DNA from: an uncultured Myxococcales bacterium | Lineage (GTDB): Bacteria; Myxococcota_A; UBA9042; CAIXZC01 | Assembly (NCBI GenBank): GCA_964626565.1 | Contig: CAZVFX010000020.1 | Span: 6,152-70,151, forward strand | Reading direction: 5' to 3' | Length of the DNA: 64,000 nucleotides | In this document: in pieces, positions 46,486-55,059 of the stretch | How positions within the stretch are numbered: the stretch's first letter is position 1 | Layout: every line of letters begins with the position of its first letter | The notes under the pieces: generated by a model | Databases searched by the model: none | Seen by the model: the letters and a program-made list of their open reading frames with translations, nothing else | What the model was told of the DNA's origin: nothing | Made by a program: the position numbers and the translations under genes

Positions 46486-48695
46486 TGCGAATTGAGTGAG
46501 CCGAACTGCGGTTCGACCTGCAGGCCCACTGCGAAACCGGGCCGCAACGACATGTACTGGCCGTCGGAAGTGGTGTCTTCCCACCAGACATAGTCCAGGC
46601 CCGCGGTCGCGTCCGCGTCGGTTTTGGAGAAGTTCACCGTGGGGCCGGCATACAGCGACACCCAGTCAAACAGCCGCACGCCCAGCACCGCGCGGAATTT
46701 CGACACAAAGCTGGGGTCGTCCCAGTCGTTGGAGTGGAAATGGGACTGCTGCATCAAGTCCAGTTCGACCCACACCGGGTCGAAGTCGAAGTGCCCGCCC
46801 AGGCCGATAACCGGCGCAACGATCTCCTCTTCTTCCCGAGGATCCCAACCGATGCCGAGGGTGGTGTAAAAAACCTTACTGCCCATTTTGATGCCAGCGT
46901 TGGTGGGCATGGTGTCGCTGCCCCAAAACGTCGGGGTAAGGATGCCGTCTCCCGCGTAGTTGATAACGCCGATGGGTACGCTGTTGCCCATCTTCGGCGC
47001 CACGTTCACGACTCCGATCATGGCTCCGGACATTTCCCCGGAGTAGTTCACAACTCCCAACTGGGCGCCGCTGGCCTCCCCGGACGTAATGTTCACCGTG
47101 CCGGCCTGGAAGCCGCTCATGGACCCGGCGTAGTTGGCCGCGCCGGCAGCCTGGAAGCCGCTCATCCTGCCGATAGTAAGGGAGGCGCCGCCCGCGGCCT
47201 GGAACCCCTCGAAATTCCGCTTGGTGAGCACGCCGCCACCGGCAGCCTGGAAACCGCCAAAATCCCCGAGGACAACGCTGCCGCCGCCATTGGCCTGCAT
47301 GCCTTCGAAATTCCCACCCGCAACACTGAGGGTCCCCGCAGCTTGAAATCCGGAGACGCGACCCCGAGTGTAGTTGAAGGTCGACGCCAATTGTGCACCG
47401 GAAGCGTCACCCTCCCGAATCGCGCCCACTCCAGAAAACTCCGCACCTTCCAGGTAGTCGCCCCAGCCCAACAGCAGGTTGAAGGCCCAGTTATTGACCG
47501 TCGGCCCGTCCGCGCGGGGGTCAGTGCTGAGACCGGGAACGATAGTGAGGGTCACCGGGACCTTCTTTGCACCGGAAGCACTCACTGACGGGACGCCGCC
47601 CCGGCTTACGGTCATCTCCCGCTCCACCGGCTCGAGAGCCGCAACCGCCAGCGTCGTCTTGGCCCCCTTCTTGAGGGTGAAGGTGCCTTTGCTCAATTTC
47701 ATAGGCTGCTCAACGGTAAGCGAGTACTCGCCCGGCTCAATGCCGAAGCTCATGGGGCGTCCCGCAGGCTTGTTGATCTCCGCCACCAGGTGTCCGGCCG
47801 AGTCCCGGATAAACAGCCGCCCTTCCAACTCGTCGGGCAGCAACAGCAGGGCCGACGTGCCGTGGAGGTCGGTGAGCACCACGTCCCCGGCACCGGTGAG
47901 TTGAAAATCGTAAGACGGATGCTGCGCGCCCGCAGTGGTGGACTCGGTGCGGGCCAGGGTCTCGTTGAAAGCGTACTGGTACGCCTCGTTCAGCGTCACC
48001 TTGCCGTCCCTGCTGATGTCCGCCGCACCTCTTAGCCCCGAAACCATGTAGTGCGTAAAGAAGGAGCCCCCTACCCGGTCCGATTCCTGGGCCGCTTCGT
48101 CCGCCGATGAAGAAGTAAGAAATGCATGGCCCTTCACCTGGGATGATTCATCCACCAGGAAGGGCGCCCGCCACTGGCCGCCCTTGCGCCGGGTGAGCGC
48201 GCCGGATGCGCAGGAATCAAGCATGGCGATGCGCACGTCGGCAGGCAATCCGTCCAGCGCGGCACGGACCTCTTTGTAGGTGTAGAGCTCCCCGTTCAGC
48301 AGCAGCCCTTTTTCGTCGGAGTGGCCCGAGTAGTAAAACACCACCTCCAACCGGGCGCCCGAGTCTTTGGCAGCAACCAGCCGCCTCTTCATGTTCGTGA
48401 ACCCCTTCACCAACTCCCCACGGCTGGGATCCTTGAGCAAGATCTTGTCGCCGGGCGCCACACCTCCCAGCTCCCCGAGGACCCTGGAAAAAGCTGTGGC
48501 ATCGGTGCCCGCGTACAGCAGCCGCACCCGGTCCTTACCGCCGAAATTGGCTCCTGCAGCCAGCAGAAACCGCCGCAAGGTCACTTTTCCACCCGACGAC
48601 TCGTCACCGACAGCCGGTTTCGAGTACGCAAAGACGGTAAGCAGGCAAGCCACACTCAGTACACTGTATAAAAACCCTTTCACGAATGTTCTCAT
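46482..48695 (-). CDS. Secreted caspase-family (C14) protein with Gly-rich surface repeats and C-terminal beta-rich domain
   Basis: Signal peptide; YSGHSD and LDSCASG His-Cys dyad; GSFFTHYMVSGLRGAAD; repeated GFQAAG/GAQLG..N units. Confidence 0.85.
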   Translation of the reverse strand: MRTFVKGFLYSVLSVACLLTVFAYSKPAVGDESSGGKVTLRRFLLAAGANFGGKDRVRLLYAGTDATAFSRVLGELGGVAPGDKILLKDPSRGELVKGFTNMKRRLVAAKDSGARLEVVFYYSGHSDEKGLLLNGELYTYKEVRAALDGLPADVRIAMLDSCASGALTRRKGGQWRAPFLVDESSQVKGHAFLTSSSADEAAQESDRVGGSFFTHYMVSGLRGAADISRDGKVTLNEAYQYAFNETLARTESTTAGAQHPSYDFQLTGAGDVVLTDLHGTSALLLLPDELEGRLFIRDSAGHLVAEINKPAGRPMSFGIEPGEYSLTVEQPMKLSKGTFTLKKGAKTTLAVAALEPVEREMTVSRGGVPSVSASGAKKVPVTLTIVPGLSTDPRADGPTVNNWAFNLLLGWGDYLEGAEFSGVGAIREGDASGAQLASTFNYTRGRVSGFQAAGTLSVAGGNFEGMQANGGGSVVLGDFGGFQAAGGGVLTKRNFEGFQAAGGASLTIGRMSGFQAAGAANYAGSMSGFQAGTVNITSGEASGAQLGVVNYSGEMSGAMIGVVNVAPKMGNSVPIGVINYAGDGILTPTFWGSDTMPTNAGIKMGSKVFYTTLGIGWDPREEEEIVAPVIGLGGHFDFDPVWVELDLMQQSHFHSNDWDDPSFVSKFRAVLGVRLFDWVSLYAGPTVNFSKTDADATAGLDYVWWEDTTSDGQYMSLRPGFAVGLQVEPQFGSLNSH

Positions 48696-49510
48696 GGGGT
48701 GATCCCTCCGTCGTCCTTTCTCAGGAGCAGCTCTATCTGCTCCTGCCCTTCTTCCGAAACCAGCGCTTCCGTTGCGCGGTTCGCAAGGTCCCCCGCGCTG
48801 CGAAGGATATCCTCAACGACCAACGGCTCCCGCGAAGCCACCAGGATAAACCGTTCGAATGCCGGCGCATCGTCCAACTCATACGAGCGGTGCAAAGTCA
48901 CCGCCCCGCCCAACTCCAGTTTCGTCGACCCGTGGGGTGTTTCCGGAAAATGCAATGTCACACTGCCCCGGCCATCGATAGAGATGAGCACGCCGTATCG
49001 GGCATCCCCCGCCCGATACTTCACCTGCAGCAAGTCCCCTTGCGCAACCAGGTCGCCATCATCCAACTGCTCGTCATCACCGTCCCGTTCTCTAAAGACC
49101 ATCAACTGGGGTTTTCCTTTCACGCGTTCGGTTTCGGAACCGTACGCAGGCGGGTGCGGCGTGTGGTTTACAACCTTCTTGTGCACTTCGACTTTGTGGG
49201 TCTCAGGAACCGCCACCCAAACAACGACTGCAAGCGCGGCCGCAGCCAACGGTGCCGCGGGGATCCACCACCGCACCGGATTGGTCACCCGTCCTTTCGA
49301 CGCCATACTGCCTTCGATGCGCGCAGCCATTGAGCGCGGTGCATATCGCTTGAGGATCTCCTCGTTGGAATCCTCAAGAGCGGACAGGCGCTCCTTCCCT
49401 CCCGGCTCCGCGTCCAGCCTCGACCGCACGGCAGCGGCCTCCGCCTCGGGCAGTTCGCCCAGGGCCAGGCGTTCCAACAGCAGGTCGGGAACTCGGATAA
49501 CGCGCCTCAT
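48692..49510 (-). CDS. Putative single-pass anti-sigma factor with DUF4384-like extracytoplasmic domain
   Basis: LLERLALGEL N-terminal anti-sigma-like helices without Zn Cys; TM; GDLLQVKY...LISIDGRG...LHFP; ATGA coupling to sigma and caspase genes. Confidence 0.75.
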   Translation of the reverse strand: MRRVIRVPDLLLERLALGELPEAEAAAVRSRLDAEPGGKERLSALEDSNEEILKRYAPRSMAARIEGSMASKGRVTNPVRWWIPAAPLAAAALAVVVWVAVPETHKVEVHKKVVNHTPHPPAYGSETERVKGKPQLMVFRERDGDDEQLDDGDLVAQGDLLQVKYRAGDARYGVLISIDGRGSVTLHFPETPHGSTKLELGGAVTLHRSYELDDAPAFERFILVASREPLVVEDILRSAGDLANRATEALVSEEGQEQIELLLRKDDGGITP

Positions 49511-50013
49511 GCCGACACCTCTTCCAACTCGGCAAGCCTTCCCCTGAGCGTGCGCCAGCGCGTGCGCACACCCGCTACCCCCAGACCCCCCACCCCCGCC
49601 CCCACCACCAACCGCACCCCCGCCAGAAGATGGAGTACAGCAATGGTCCTGGTGGAAGGTTTCTCGCGAGCGAAGATCCGCTGGAGGAAGGTCCGAGCTT
49701 CGGCCCTTCCCGCCGGCTCATCACAAGCAGCAATCCGGTCCAGCAGTTCAGCTCCCGGGTCTTCCGGATGCCGGCGCCGGGAACGGATCCGATTGAGGCA
49801 CACGTTGGTGGCGACCCGGTAGAGCAGACTGGAAGGGGCATCCCCCGTCAGCCTGTCCCTGGCCCGCAACACCTGCACAAACGTGTCCTGCATCGCATCC
49901 ACCGCGAGTTCCTCCTCTTTCAACAGTTGGCGGCATCTCCTGAGCACCATTGGCCCAAACCGCCGGTATAGACCTTCAACGTCAACGGACAAGGCATCTC
50001 CCCCTGTCAACAT
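49507..50013 (-). CDS. ECF RNA polymerase sigma factor (region 4 sequence suspect, see findings)
   Basis: Region 2 LYRRFGPMVLRRC...DAMQDTF...LYRVATNVCLNRIR; possible TTG start at 49992. Confidence 0.88.
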   Translation of the reverse strand: MLTGGDALSVDVEGLYRRFGPMVLRRCRQLLKEEELAVDAMQDTFVQVLRARDRLTGDAPSSLLYRVATNVCLNRIRSRRRHPEDPGAELLDRIAACDEPAGRAEARTFLQRIFAREKPSTRTIAVLHLLAGVRLVVGAGVGGLGVAGVRTRWRTLRGRLAELEEVSA

Positions 50014-50095
50014 TCACTGCAACACCGGACACTGTATGAAGTGTTACCTGAAAAGCGGTTTGGGGGCAAACAAGCCGCCCCAGCCCCCGCATCCA

Positions 50096-50313
50096 GCACC
50101 ATTCGTTACCCCAACTGCTGACCGAGCTCCGATCCGCGCGTATGGCACCCGTCTGCATCGAGGCGAGGGAGGGGCTGCGTCACACCACCTCCGACAGGAA
50201 CAAAGGCGTATCATCACATCCGGCGCAGCGCAGCCCCTCCCTCGCCTCGACAGTAGAATGTGCCTGAAGATGATGTCAGATCCTCGGTCAGCAGTTGGGG
50301 TAACGAATGGTGC
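50096..50313. repeat. 218-bp element with nested perfect inverted repeats (31 bp outer, 22 bp inner)
   Basis: 50096-50126 is the exact reverse complement of 50283-50313; 50158-50179 is the exact reverse complement of 50229-50250. Confidence 0.95.
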
Positions 50314-50353
50314 CGAGCGCGATGACCTGAGGAAGATGCGACTGGCGAGGGCG

Positions 50354-50611
50354 CTACAGCCCTTCGGCAGATTCGGCCATCTTGTCGCCGAAGCCGTCCC
50401 GAACCTTGATTAGGTTTTCACCCTCCGGAGGCGCCAGCAGGGGGACCTCTTCGACCGATGGGCCGGTGGCCTCAACACCGATTTTGCCTTCCTCGATGTT
50501 CAGCACCTGGGTTACTCCTTCCTCGCCCTTCTTGTCTTCGGCCAGAAGAGGGCTGGCGGAAACAAACGCCAAGCCAACTACCACTGCAATTAGGACCGTG
50601 ACTGCTCTCAT
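50354..50611 (-). CDS. cglF: Small exported protein resembling adventurous-gliding protein CglF/GltF
   Basis: AGGAG RBS before ATG 50611; signal peptide ending LLA; C-terminus ENLIKVRDGFGDKMAESAEGL fits the NLIxxRxxFxDKxxxSxxxL pattern I recall for CglF. Confidence 0.6.
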   Translation of the reverse strand: MRAVTVLIAVVVGLAFVSASPLLAEDKKGEEGVTQVLNIEEGKIGVEATGPSVEEVPLLAPPEGENLIKVRDGFGDKMAESAEGL

Positions 50612-50722
50612 GATACTCCTCCCGGAAGGTCTTACACCAACGGCGACCGCGTACGAGCCACATTGGCTCGACACCGAAATATATGATACGTTCCGTAGAG
50701 TCAAAAGTTCGGAATAAATACC

Positions 50723-52162
50723 ATGGTCGCGTCAATATCAGTGGATCCGGTCGTCATCTCCATCGTCGCGGTCTACTTGAGCGTCATGCTGTTTATCGGC
50801 TGGTACGCTTCGAAGAAGATCAAGAAGAGCGAGGATTTTCTGGTCGCGGGAAGACGGCTGGGACCGATCATGATGGCAGGCACCCTGGCCGCGACCGAGG
50901 TTGGTGGCGGCAGTTCCATGGGAGTCGCGGAGAAAGCGTACGGAGAGTGGGGTATGTCCGCGGCCTGGTACGTCCTGGCCATGACCATCACTTTCCTGGT
51001 TCTTGCTTTCGTGGCCCCGCGCCTGCGGGCCGCCCTGGTGAAGACCGTCCCGGAGTTCTTTACCCGTCGGTACGGCGGTTCGTCCGGCATGCTGACCGCG
51101 ATCATAATGATCCTTCCATTGGTGGGCCTCACTGCAATCCAGATGATCGCGTCGGCAGTGGTGCTCTCGGTGATGACGGGCCTGGAATACCAGACTGCGG
51201 CAGTGCTGGTCTGCGTGGTGGTCACCGTCTATTCGGTGCTCGGCGGGCTGTGGAGCGTGACACTCACCGATGTAGTCCAGTGGGGCCTCATTGTGGTGGG
51301 ACTCATGGTCGCGATTCCCTTTGCCCTGGACGCGGCCGGAGGCTGGGACCGGGTAGTCGCCACGGTGCCGCCCGCGAAACTCAGCATGACCGAAGGGATC
51401 GGGACCGGCACCATAATCTCGCTGGTCATCATGTACATCGCTTCGTTTGCAGTGGGCCAGGAGGCTGTGCAACGCTACTACGCAGCGAAAGACGGGCGCG
51501 CAGCAAAGCTGGGGTCGCTGTACGCGGGAATCGTCTATCTGGTGTTCGCTTGCGTCCCCGCAATCTTAGGCGTCATCGCATTCAGCATGGTGCAACAGGG
51601 AGTGATGGATGCAACGCTCATCGAAGCCCACGGCACCCGGTACGTACTGCCGGTCCTAGCCGCCAACGTCATGCCGTCGTGGCTGGTAGGGATCGTCTTT
51701 GCCGCACTTATCTCGGCCACCATGTCGTCCGCGGATTCGGACCTGCTAGCCGCAGGCTCCATCTTCTCCAACGACATCTACGCCCGCGTTTTCCGCCGCA
51801 ACGCCACGGACAAAGAACTGCTGTTGGTTACCCGGATTACAATGGTAGCGGTTGCAATCCTCGCCCTGGGTGTAGCGCTCACCAACACCAAGAACATGAT
51901 CGCCATCCTCATGTTCTCATTCACCCTACGCGCGGGCGGATCATTCTTCCCCTATGTCCTGGGACATTACTGGAAGCGCGCCTCCCTCCCCGCGGCCCTG
52001 GCGTCCATCATCCTCGGCAGCGCCACCGTAATCCTCGTTGAACAAGAGTTCATCCCCTGCTTCGGCCTGGACGCCATCATCCCCGGCCTGGCCATCAGCC
52101 TCATCGCTTTTGTCACCGCCACCTGGGCCTGGCCGGCCGCCGTTGACGAGCCGCAAAAGTAA
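50723..52162 (+). CDS. Sodium:solute symporter (SSS) family transporter
   Basis: DFLVAGRRLG, ATEVGGG, TVPEFFTRRY, GGLWSVTLTDVVQ, QRYYAAKD, SATMSSADS; about 13 TMs. Confidence 0.93.
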   Translation: MVASISVDPVVISIVAVYLSVMLFIGWYASKKIKKSEDFLVAGRRLGPIMMAGTLAATEVGGGSSMGVAEKAYGEWGMSAAWYVLAMTITFLVLAFVAPRLRAALVKTVPEFFTRRYGGSSGMLTAIIMILPLVGLTAIQMIASAVVLSVMTGLEYQTAAVLVCVVVTVYSVLGGLWSVTLTDVVQWGLIVVGLMVAIPFALDAAGGWDRVVATVPPAKLSMTEGIGTGTIISLVIMYIASFAVGQEAVQRYYAAKDGRAAKLGSLYAGIVYLVFACVPAILGVIAFSMVQQGVMDATLIEAHGTRYVLPVLAANVMPSWLVGIVFAALISATMSSADSDLLAAGSIFSNDIYARVFRRNATDKELLLVTRITMVAVAILALGVALTNTKNMIAILMFSFTLRAGGSFFPYVLGHYWKRASLPAALASIILGSATVILVEQEFIPCFGLDAIIPGLAISLIAFVTATWAWPAAVDEPQK

Positions 52163-52190
52163 ATGAGCGGGCCCCGAGCTAGGCGCCGAT

Positions 52191-52220
52191 TTGAATTATC
52201 CGGACCCAGGTCCGTATAAT
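52191..52220 (+). promoter_or_regulatory. Candidate sigma70 promoter for peptide/SPASM locus
   Basis: TTGAAT-N18-TATAAT followed by AGGAGG RBS at 52241. Confidence 0.55.
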
Positions 52221-52252
52221 GGAAGCCACATCAGGCTTCAAGGAGGCAGTTG

Positions 52253-52513
52253 ATGACTTCCCCACGTTACCCCACCAGGCAGGAAGCTCGCTCCCTGCTG
52301 GATAAGATGCGAAAGATATCCGCGGGCAAAATCGCGGGTGCTTCGTTGCTGGCGCTGGCGGCACTTGCGCCCCGCTGCGGCGGCGCGGCCTACAACATGA
52401 AACCGTACGAGTCGTACGACATGGAGGCGGACAAGCGGCAGCCGCCCGCACAGGAAACATCGGGCACCGATGAATCCACCGCAGATGCGGAACGGAAAAA
52501 GACCGCGGACTAG
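52253..52513 (+). CDS. Small protein, candidate substrate of the adjacent radical SAM enzyme
   Basis: AGGAGG RBS; 86 aa MTSPRYPTRQEARSLLDKMRKISAGKIAGASLLALAALAPRCGGAAYNMKPYESYDMEADK...; stop 7 nt before rSAM ATG. Confidence 0.7.
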   Translation: MTSPRYPTRQEARSLLDKMRKISAGKIAGASLLALAALAPRCGGAAYNMKPYESYDMEADKRQPPAQETSGTDESTADAERKKTAD

Positions 52514-52520
52514 CACGCCC

Positions 52521-53621
52521 ATGCAAAGCGTCCTCTTCCTCACCCGGCGGTGTAATTTTCGCTGCACCTACTGTTATGAATTCCCTTCCGGGTCTTCGAG
52601 TCCCCAGGTCGACATGACGGTGGAGACCTTGCACAAAGCCATCGACTGGACCATTGACAACTCTTGCGATTCAGCGGGCTTCGGCCTGTTCGGCGGAGAG
52701 CCACTGCTGGCCTGGGACCTGCTGCCCGAAACGGTCGAATACGCCACCGCAAAGGGTGCGGCGGCCGGCTGTGACGTGGCTTTCTCCCTGTCCACCAACG
52801 GCTCCCTCGTTACCTCGGAAAGGGCCGAGTTCCTGGCGGCCCATCCTTTCGTGATCCAGTACAGCCTGGACGGCAACCAGCAGATGCACGACATCCATCG
52901 GGTAACGATGGGCGGCAGTGGGACTTTCGCCACGGTTGAAGCGGGCCTCGGGCAGTTGCTAAGCCGGAATGTGCCGGTAGATGTGGTGTGTGTAGTTACT
53001 CCGGAAAACGTCTCTTTCCTGCCGGAAGCAATCGACTATCTGGCGGGCGTGCAGAAGCTGGAAAATGTGTCCCTCAACATCTCCTACCTGGCGGATTGGA
53101 CCAAGGATGCGCTGGAAACTCTTGAGCGTTCGTTGGGCCTGGCTGCAGACCGGGTGGTGGACAGCTATCGCCGCGCAATCCCGCTGAACATAAACGCTTT
53201 CGACGAGAAAATCCGCACCTGGGTTGACGGCGGGTACGGAGCCCACCAGTTCTGCCCTTTCGGAGAAGGCAAGGTCGCGGTCGACGTCGGCGGCGACATC
53301 TACCCGTGCGACCGCATCGCCGGCGACGGCTCCAACCGGGAGATGATCATCGGCCACGTTGACACCGGCATCGAGTTCGACAAGGTCGTCCGCTTGCGCA
53401 AATCAGCGGGAACGGAAAAACCGGACTGCCCGGGCTGCCCCATTCGCGGCCGCTGCCGCCACTGGTGCGGCTGCGTAAACTACGAGGCCGCGGGCGACGT
53501 TGGCTCGGTATCCGATTTGTTTTGTTTCACCGAACGGCTCAAGGTAGGATTGGCTGATCGGGTGGCCGAAACCCTGTTCGCCGAGCGTAACCCGGCATTC
53601 TTGTCACGGTTCTACGGCTAG
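52521..53621 (+). CDS. Radical SAM/SPASM-domain maturase
   Basis: CNFRCTYC, FGGEPLL, STNGSL, SLDG; SPASM CPFG...IYPC, CPGCPIRGRCRHWCGC...C; start reset to ATG 52521. Confidence 0.92.
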   Translation: MQSVLFLTRRCNFRCTYCYEFPSGSSSPQVDMTVETLHKAIDWTIDNSCDSAGFGLFGGEPLLAWDLLPETVEYATAKGAAAGCDVAFSLSTNGSLVTSERAEFLAAHPFVIQYSLDGNQQMHDIHRVTMGGSGTFATVEAGLGQLLSRNVPVDVVCVVTPENVSFLPEAIDYLAGVQKLENVSLNISYLADWTKDALETLERSLGLAADRVVDSYRRAIPLNINAFDEKIRTWVDGGYGAHQFCPFGEGKVAVDVGGDIYPCDRIAGDGSNREMIIGHVDTGIEFDKVVRLRKSAGTEKPDCPGCPIRGRCRHWCGCVNYEAAGDVGSVSDLFCFTERLKVGLADRVAETLFAERNPAFLSRFYG

Positions 53622-53646
53622 GCTGCCTCCCAGTAACTCAGTTCCG

Positions 53647-55059
53647 GTGTACGCAATGGTAGGAAAGTCGTGCCTGTTTCTCGTGATTCTGCTGTCAATC
53701 AGTTCGCTCTCTACTGCCGAACAACCCGGACCCCCGGTCAAACAGCCGGCTCCCTACGTCGACCTGGTCAAGGACATGCGGGCCGCGGGATTGATCGGCA
53801 TGGACGCGTACTCGATGCTCGCACAACTCACCGCCCTGGGCCCCCGACTGGGCGGCTCACCCGGGGCTGAACGCGCAGTGGAATTCACCCGCGAGCTCAT
53901 GTTGAAGAACGGGTTTGAGAACGTTCATCTCGAAGAGGTGACCGTGCGCCGTTGGGAACGTGGCCCGCAGGAAACTGCGGTTCTTGCAAGCGGCACCGGG
54001 AAAGAGCAAACAACACTCAGCATCGCTGCCCTCGGCGGCAGCGTAGCCACCCCCGAGGAGGGATTAACTGCCGGCGTAATCGAGGTAAAAAGCCTGGAGG
54101 AAGCTGACAAGTTGGGTGACAGAGCCAAGGGTAAGATCATCTTCTTCAACCGGCCCATGGACCCCACGCACCTCAACACTTTTGACGCGTACGGCGGGGC
54201 CGCGGACCAGCGGGTCCACGGCGCCAGCCGTGGGGCCAAGGTTGGAGCGGTAGCCGTGCTCGTGCGTTCCCTTACCATGCTGCCCGACGATAATCCCCAC
54301 ACGGGCGTCATGAAATATGCAGAAGGGGTCCCGAAGATCCCCACGGCAGCCTTGGGGATCAAGAGCGCGGAACTGCTTAGCCGGCGCCTCCAGTCCGACC
54401 CCGATGCCACGGTCACCATCAAGATGGAATGCCGGGATTTGGGCGACGTGGTGTCGCACAACGTTGTGGGCCAGCTCACCGGCACTGAGCTCCCCGCGGA
54501 AGTTGTCGTATTGGGCGGGCACCTGGACGCCTGGGATCTCGGTCCCGGGGCACACGACGACGGTGCGGGGTGCATTCAGTCCATTGAAGCGCTCCGCATC
54601 ATCCAGTCCCTCGGTCTGAAACCCCGCCGTACCATCCGGGCCGTTATGTTCATGGACGAAGAGTTCGGCGGAACGGGCGGGCGCGCGTATGCGGGGGATC
54701 AAAAAAGAAAGAAGGAAAAACACATCGCAGCCATCGAGTCGGACCGGGGCGGATTCATACCCCTCGGTTTCAACGTACGGGGAGATGACGGGAAGGTAGC
54801 GTCTGTGGCTCGCTGGCTCCCTTCCCTCGAAGAAGCGGGAATCGTCTGGGTGAAGCATGGATACGGGGGGGTGGATATCAACCCGCTCCACGATACCGGC
54901 ACTCTCACCATCGGATTGGTGCCCGATTCCCAGCGCTACTTCGACGTCCACCACAGCGCCAATGATGTCATGGAGACCGTAAACCCGAGGGAACTGGAAC
55001 TGGGCGCCGTGGCCATGGCTGCGCTGGCCTACATACTGTCCGAAGAAGGGGTGGAATGA
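53647..55059 (+). CDS. Secreted M28 metallopeptidase with PA domain (carboxypeptidase Q-like)
   Basis: Signal peptide; GHLDAWD, AHDDGAG, MDEE, IESD, HHSAND; alternative ATG 53656. Confidence 0.9.
   Translation: MYAMVGKSCLFLVILLSISSLSTAEQPGPPVKQPAPYVDLVKDMRAAGLIGMDAYSMLAQLTALGPRLGGSPGAERAVEFTRELMLKNGFENVHLEEVTVRRWERGPQETAVLASGTGKEQTTLSIAALGGSVATPEEGLTAGVIEVKSLEEADKLGDRAKGKIIFFNRPMDPTHLNTFDAYGGAADQRVHGASRGAKVGAVAVLVRSLTMLPDDNPHTGVMKYAEGVPKIPTAALGIKSAELLSRRLQSDPDATVTIKMECRDLGDVVSHNVVGQLTGTELPAEVVVLGGHLDAWDLGPGAHDDGAGCIQSIEALRIIQSLGLKPRRTIRAVMFMDEEFGGTGGRAYAGDQKRKKEKHIAAIESDRGGFIPLGFNVRGDDGKVASVARWLPSLEEAGIVWVKHGYGGVDINPLHDTGTLTIGLVPDSQRYFDVHHSANDVMETVNPRELELGAVAMAALAYILSEEGVE

Noticed and set aside
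49555-49630. Diversity-generating retroelement variable region
   Set aside because: No reverse transcriptase or template repeat in the window, and implied changes include C>G and T>G, not only adenine positions
50683-52041. 452-aa same-strand ORF overlapping the symporter
   Set aside because: Arg/Gly-rich off-frame translation of the SSS gene
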